DNA of 64,000 nucleotides, taken from NCBI GenBank assembly GCA_030704615.1, contig CM060733.1:3410001-3474000 (forward strand), in the 5' to 3' direction. Below are positions 63,764-64,000 of this stretch, in pieces. The position numbers and the translations under genes were made by a program. Below the pieces are notes generated by a model that was given only the letters and a program-made list of their open reading frames with translations, was not told the DNA's origin and did not search any database. Within the stretch, counting starts at the first letter, position 1, and the number at the start of each line of letters is the position of its first letter. This DNA comes from Takakia lepidozioides. Lineage: Eukaryota > Plantae > Bryophyta.

Positions 63764-63909
63764 GTTGCATGCTATGTGGGCATGCTCGTGGTGCCGCCAC
63801 TATGCTGGTGTGTGATCGATGCTCAAGAGGTTGGCACATGGGATGCTTGACACCACCTCTTGAGAGGGTTCCTGATGGAGATTGGTTATGACCACACTGC
63901 TTGGGATAG
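63764..63909 (+). pseudogene. PHD finger at the integrase C-terminus
   Basis: C4HC3 pattern CMLC...MLVCDRCSRGWHMGCLTPPLERVPDGDWL*PHC. The seventh ligand Cys codon has become TGA (63889-63891). Confidence 0.9.
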
Positions 63910-64000
63910 TGGCAGTGGATATGACTAGTGGCAGTTCACAAGACATGAGAGGCCAAGCTCATAGGAGTCAATACCCAAGATCTCAGGCTCAAGTTCACAT

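Larger units (their letters stand above)
55698..64000 (+). mobile_element. Ty3/gypsy-like retroelement carrying a C5 DNA methyltransferase and a PHD finger, lacking RT/RNase H; continues beyond the window
   Basis: A ~2.5-kb 5' non-coding region shared with the element at 1-2920, followed by a decayed gag-protease-DNMT-integrase-PHD polyprotein at ~58263-63909. The left boundary is set by loss of similarity to the other copy. The 3' end/LTR is not visible. Confidence 0.88.

Noticed and set aside
58263-63909. DIRS-type element (known to carry a methyltransferase) or Ginger DNA transposon
   Set aside because: It has a DDE integrase and aspartic protease, not a tyrosine recombinase. The MTase is C5-type rather than Dam-like. 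Gag with CCHC knuckles argues against Ginger.

Overview
Eukaryotic nuclear DNA from a plant, probably a seed-free lineage such as a bryophyte, lycophyte or fern. This is inferred from the PLS-DYW PPR relics, the plastid-type prenyltransferase and the spliceosomal introns. Host genes are an intronless fructokinase (+), a convergent intronless homogentisate solanesyltransferase (-), a multi-exon gene ending in a LIN52-like (DREAM/MuvB) domain (+), and a frameshifted PPR-DYW gene (-). The rest is largely transposon-derived: a decayed LTR/integrase element, stacked LINE fragments sitting in (GA)n microsatellites, a hAT-type MITE with TIRs and TSD, a foldback element, a tRNA-derived SINE and several tandem arrays. 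The main finding is at about 55.7-64 kb. It is a Ty3/gypsy-like element whose decayed polyprotein reads Gag (two CCHC knuckles) - aspartic protease - DNMT3-like C5 cytosine methyltransferase - integrase - PHD finger. It has no reverse transcriptase or RNase H, and the methyltransferase and integrase lie in the same frame. A diverged relative of its 5' non-coding region occupies 1-2.9 kb on the opposite strand, so the two elements bracket the host genes head-to-head. All calls come from reading motifs by eye; no searches were run.
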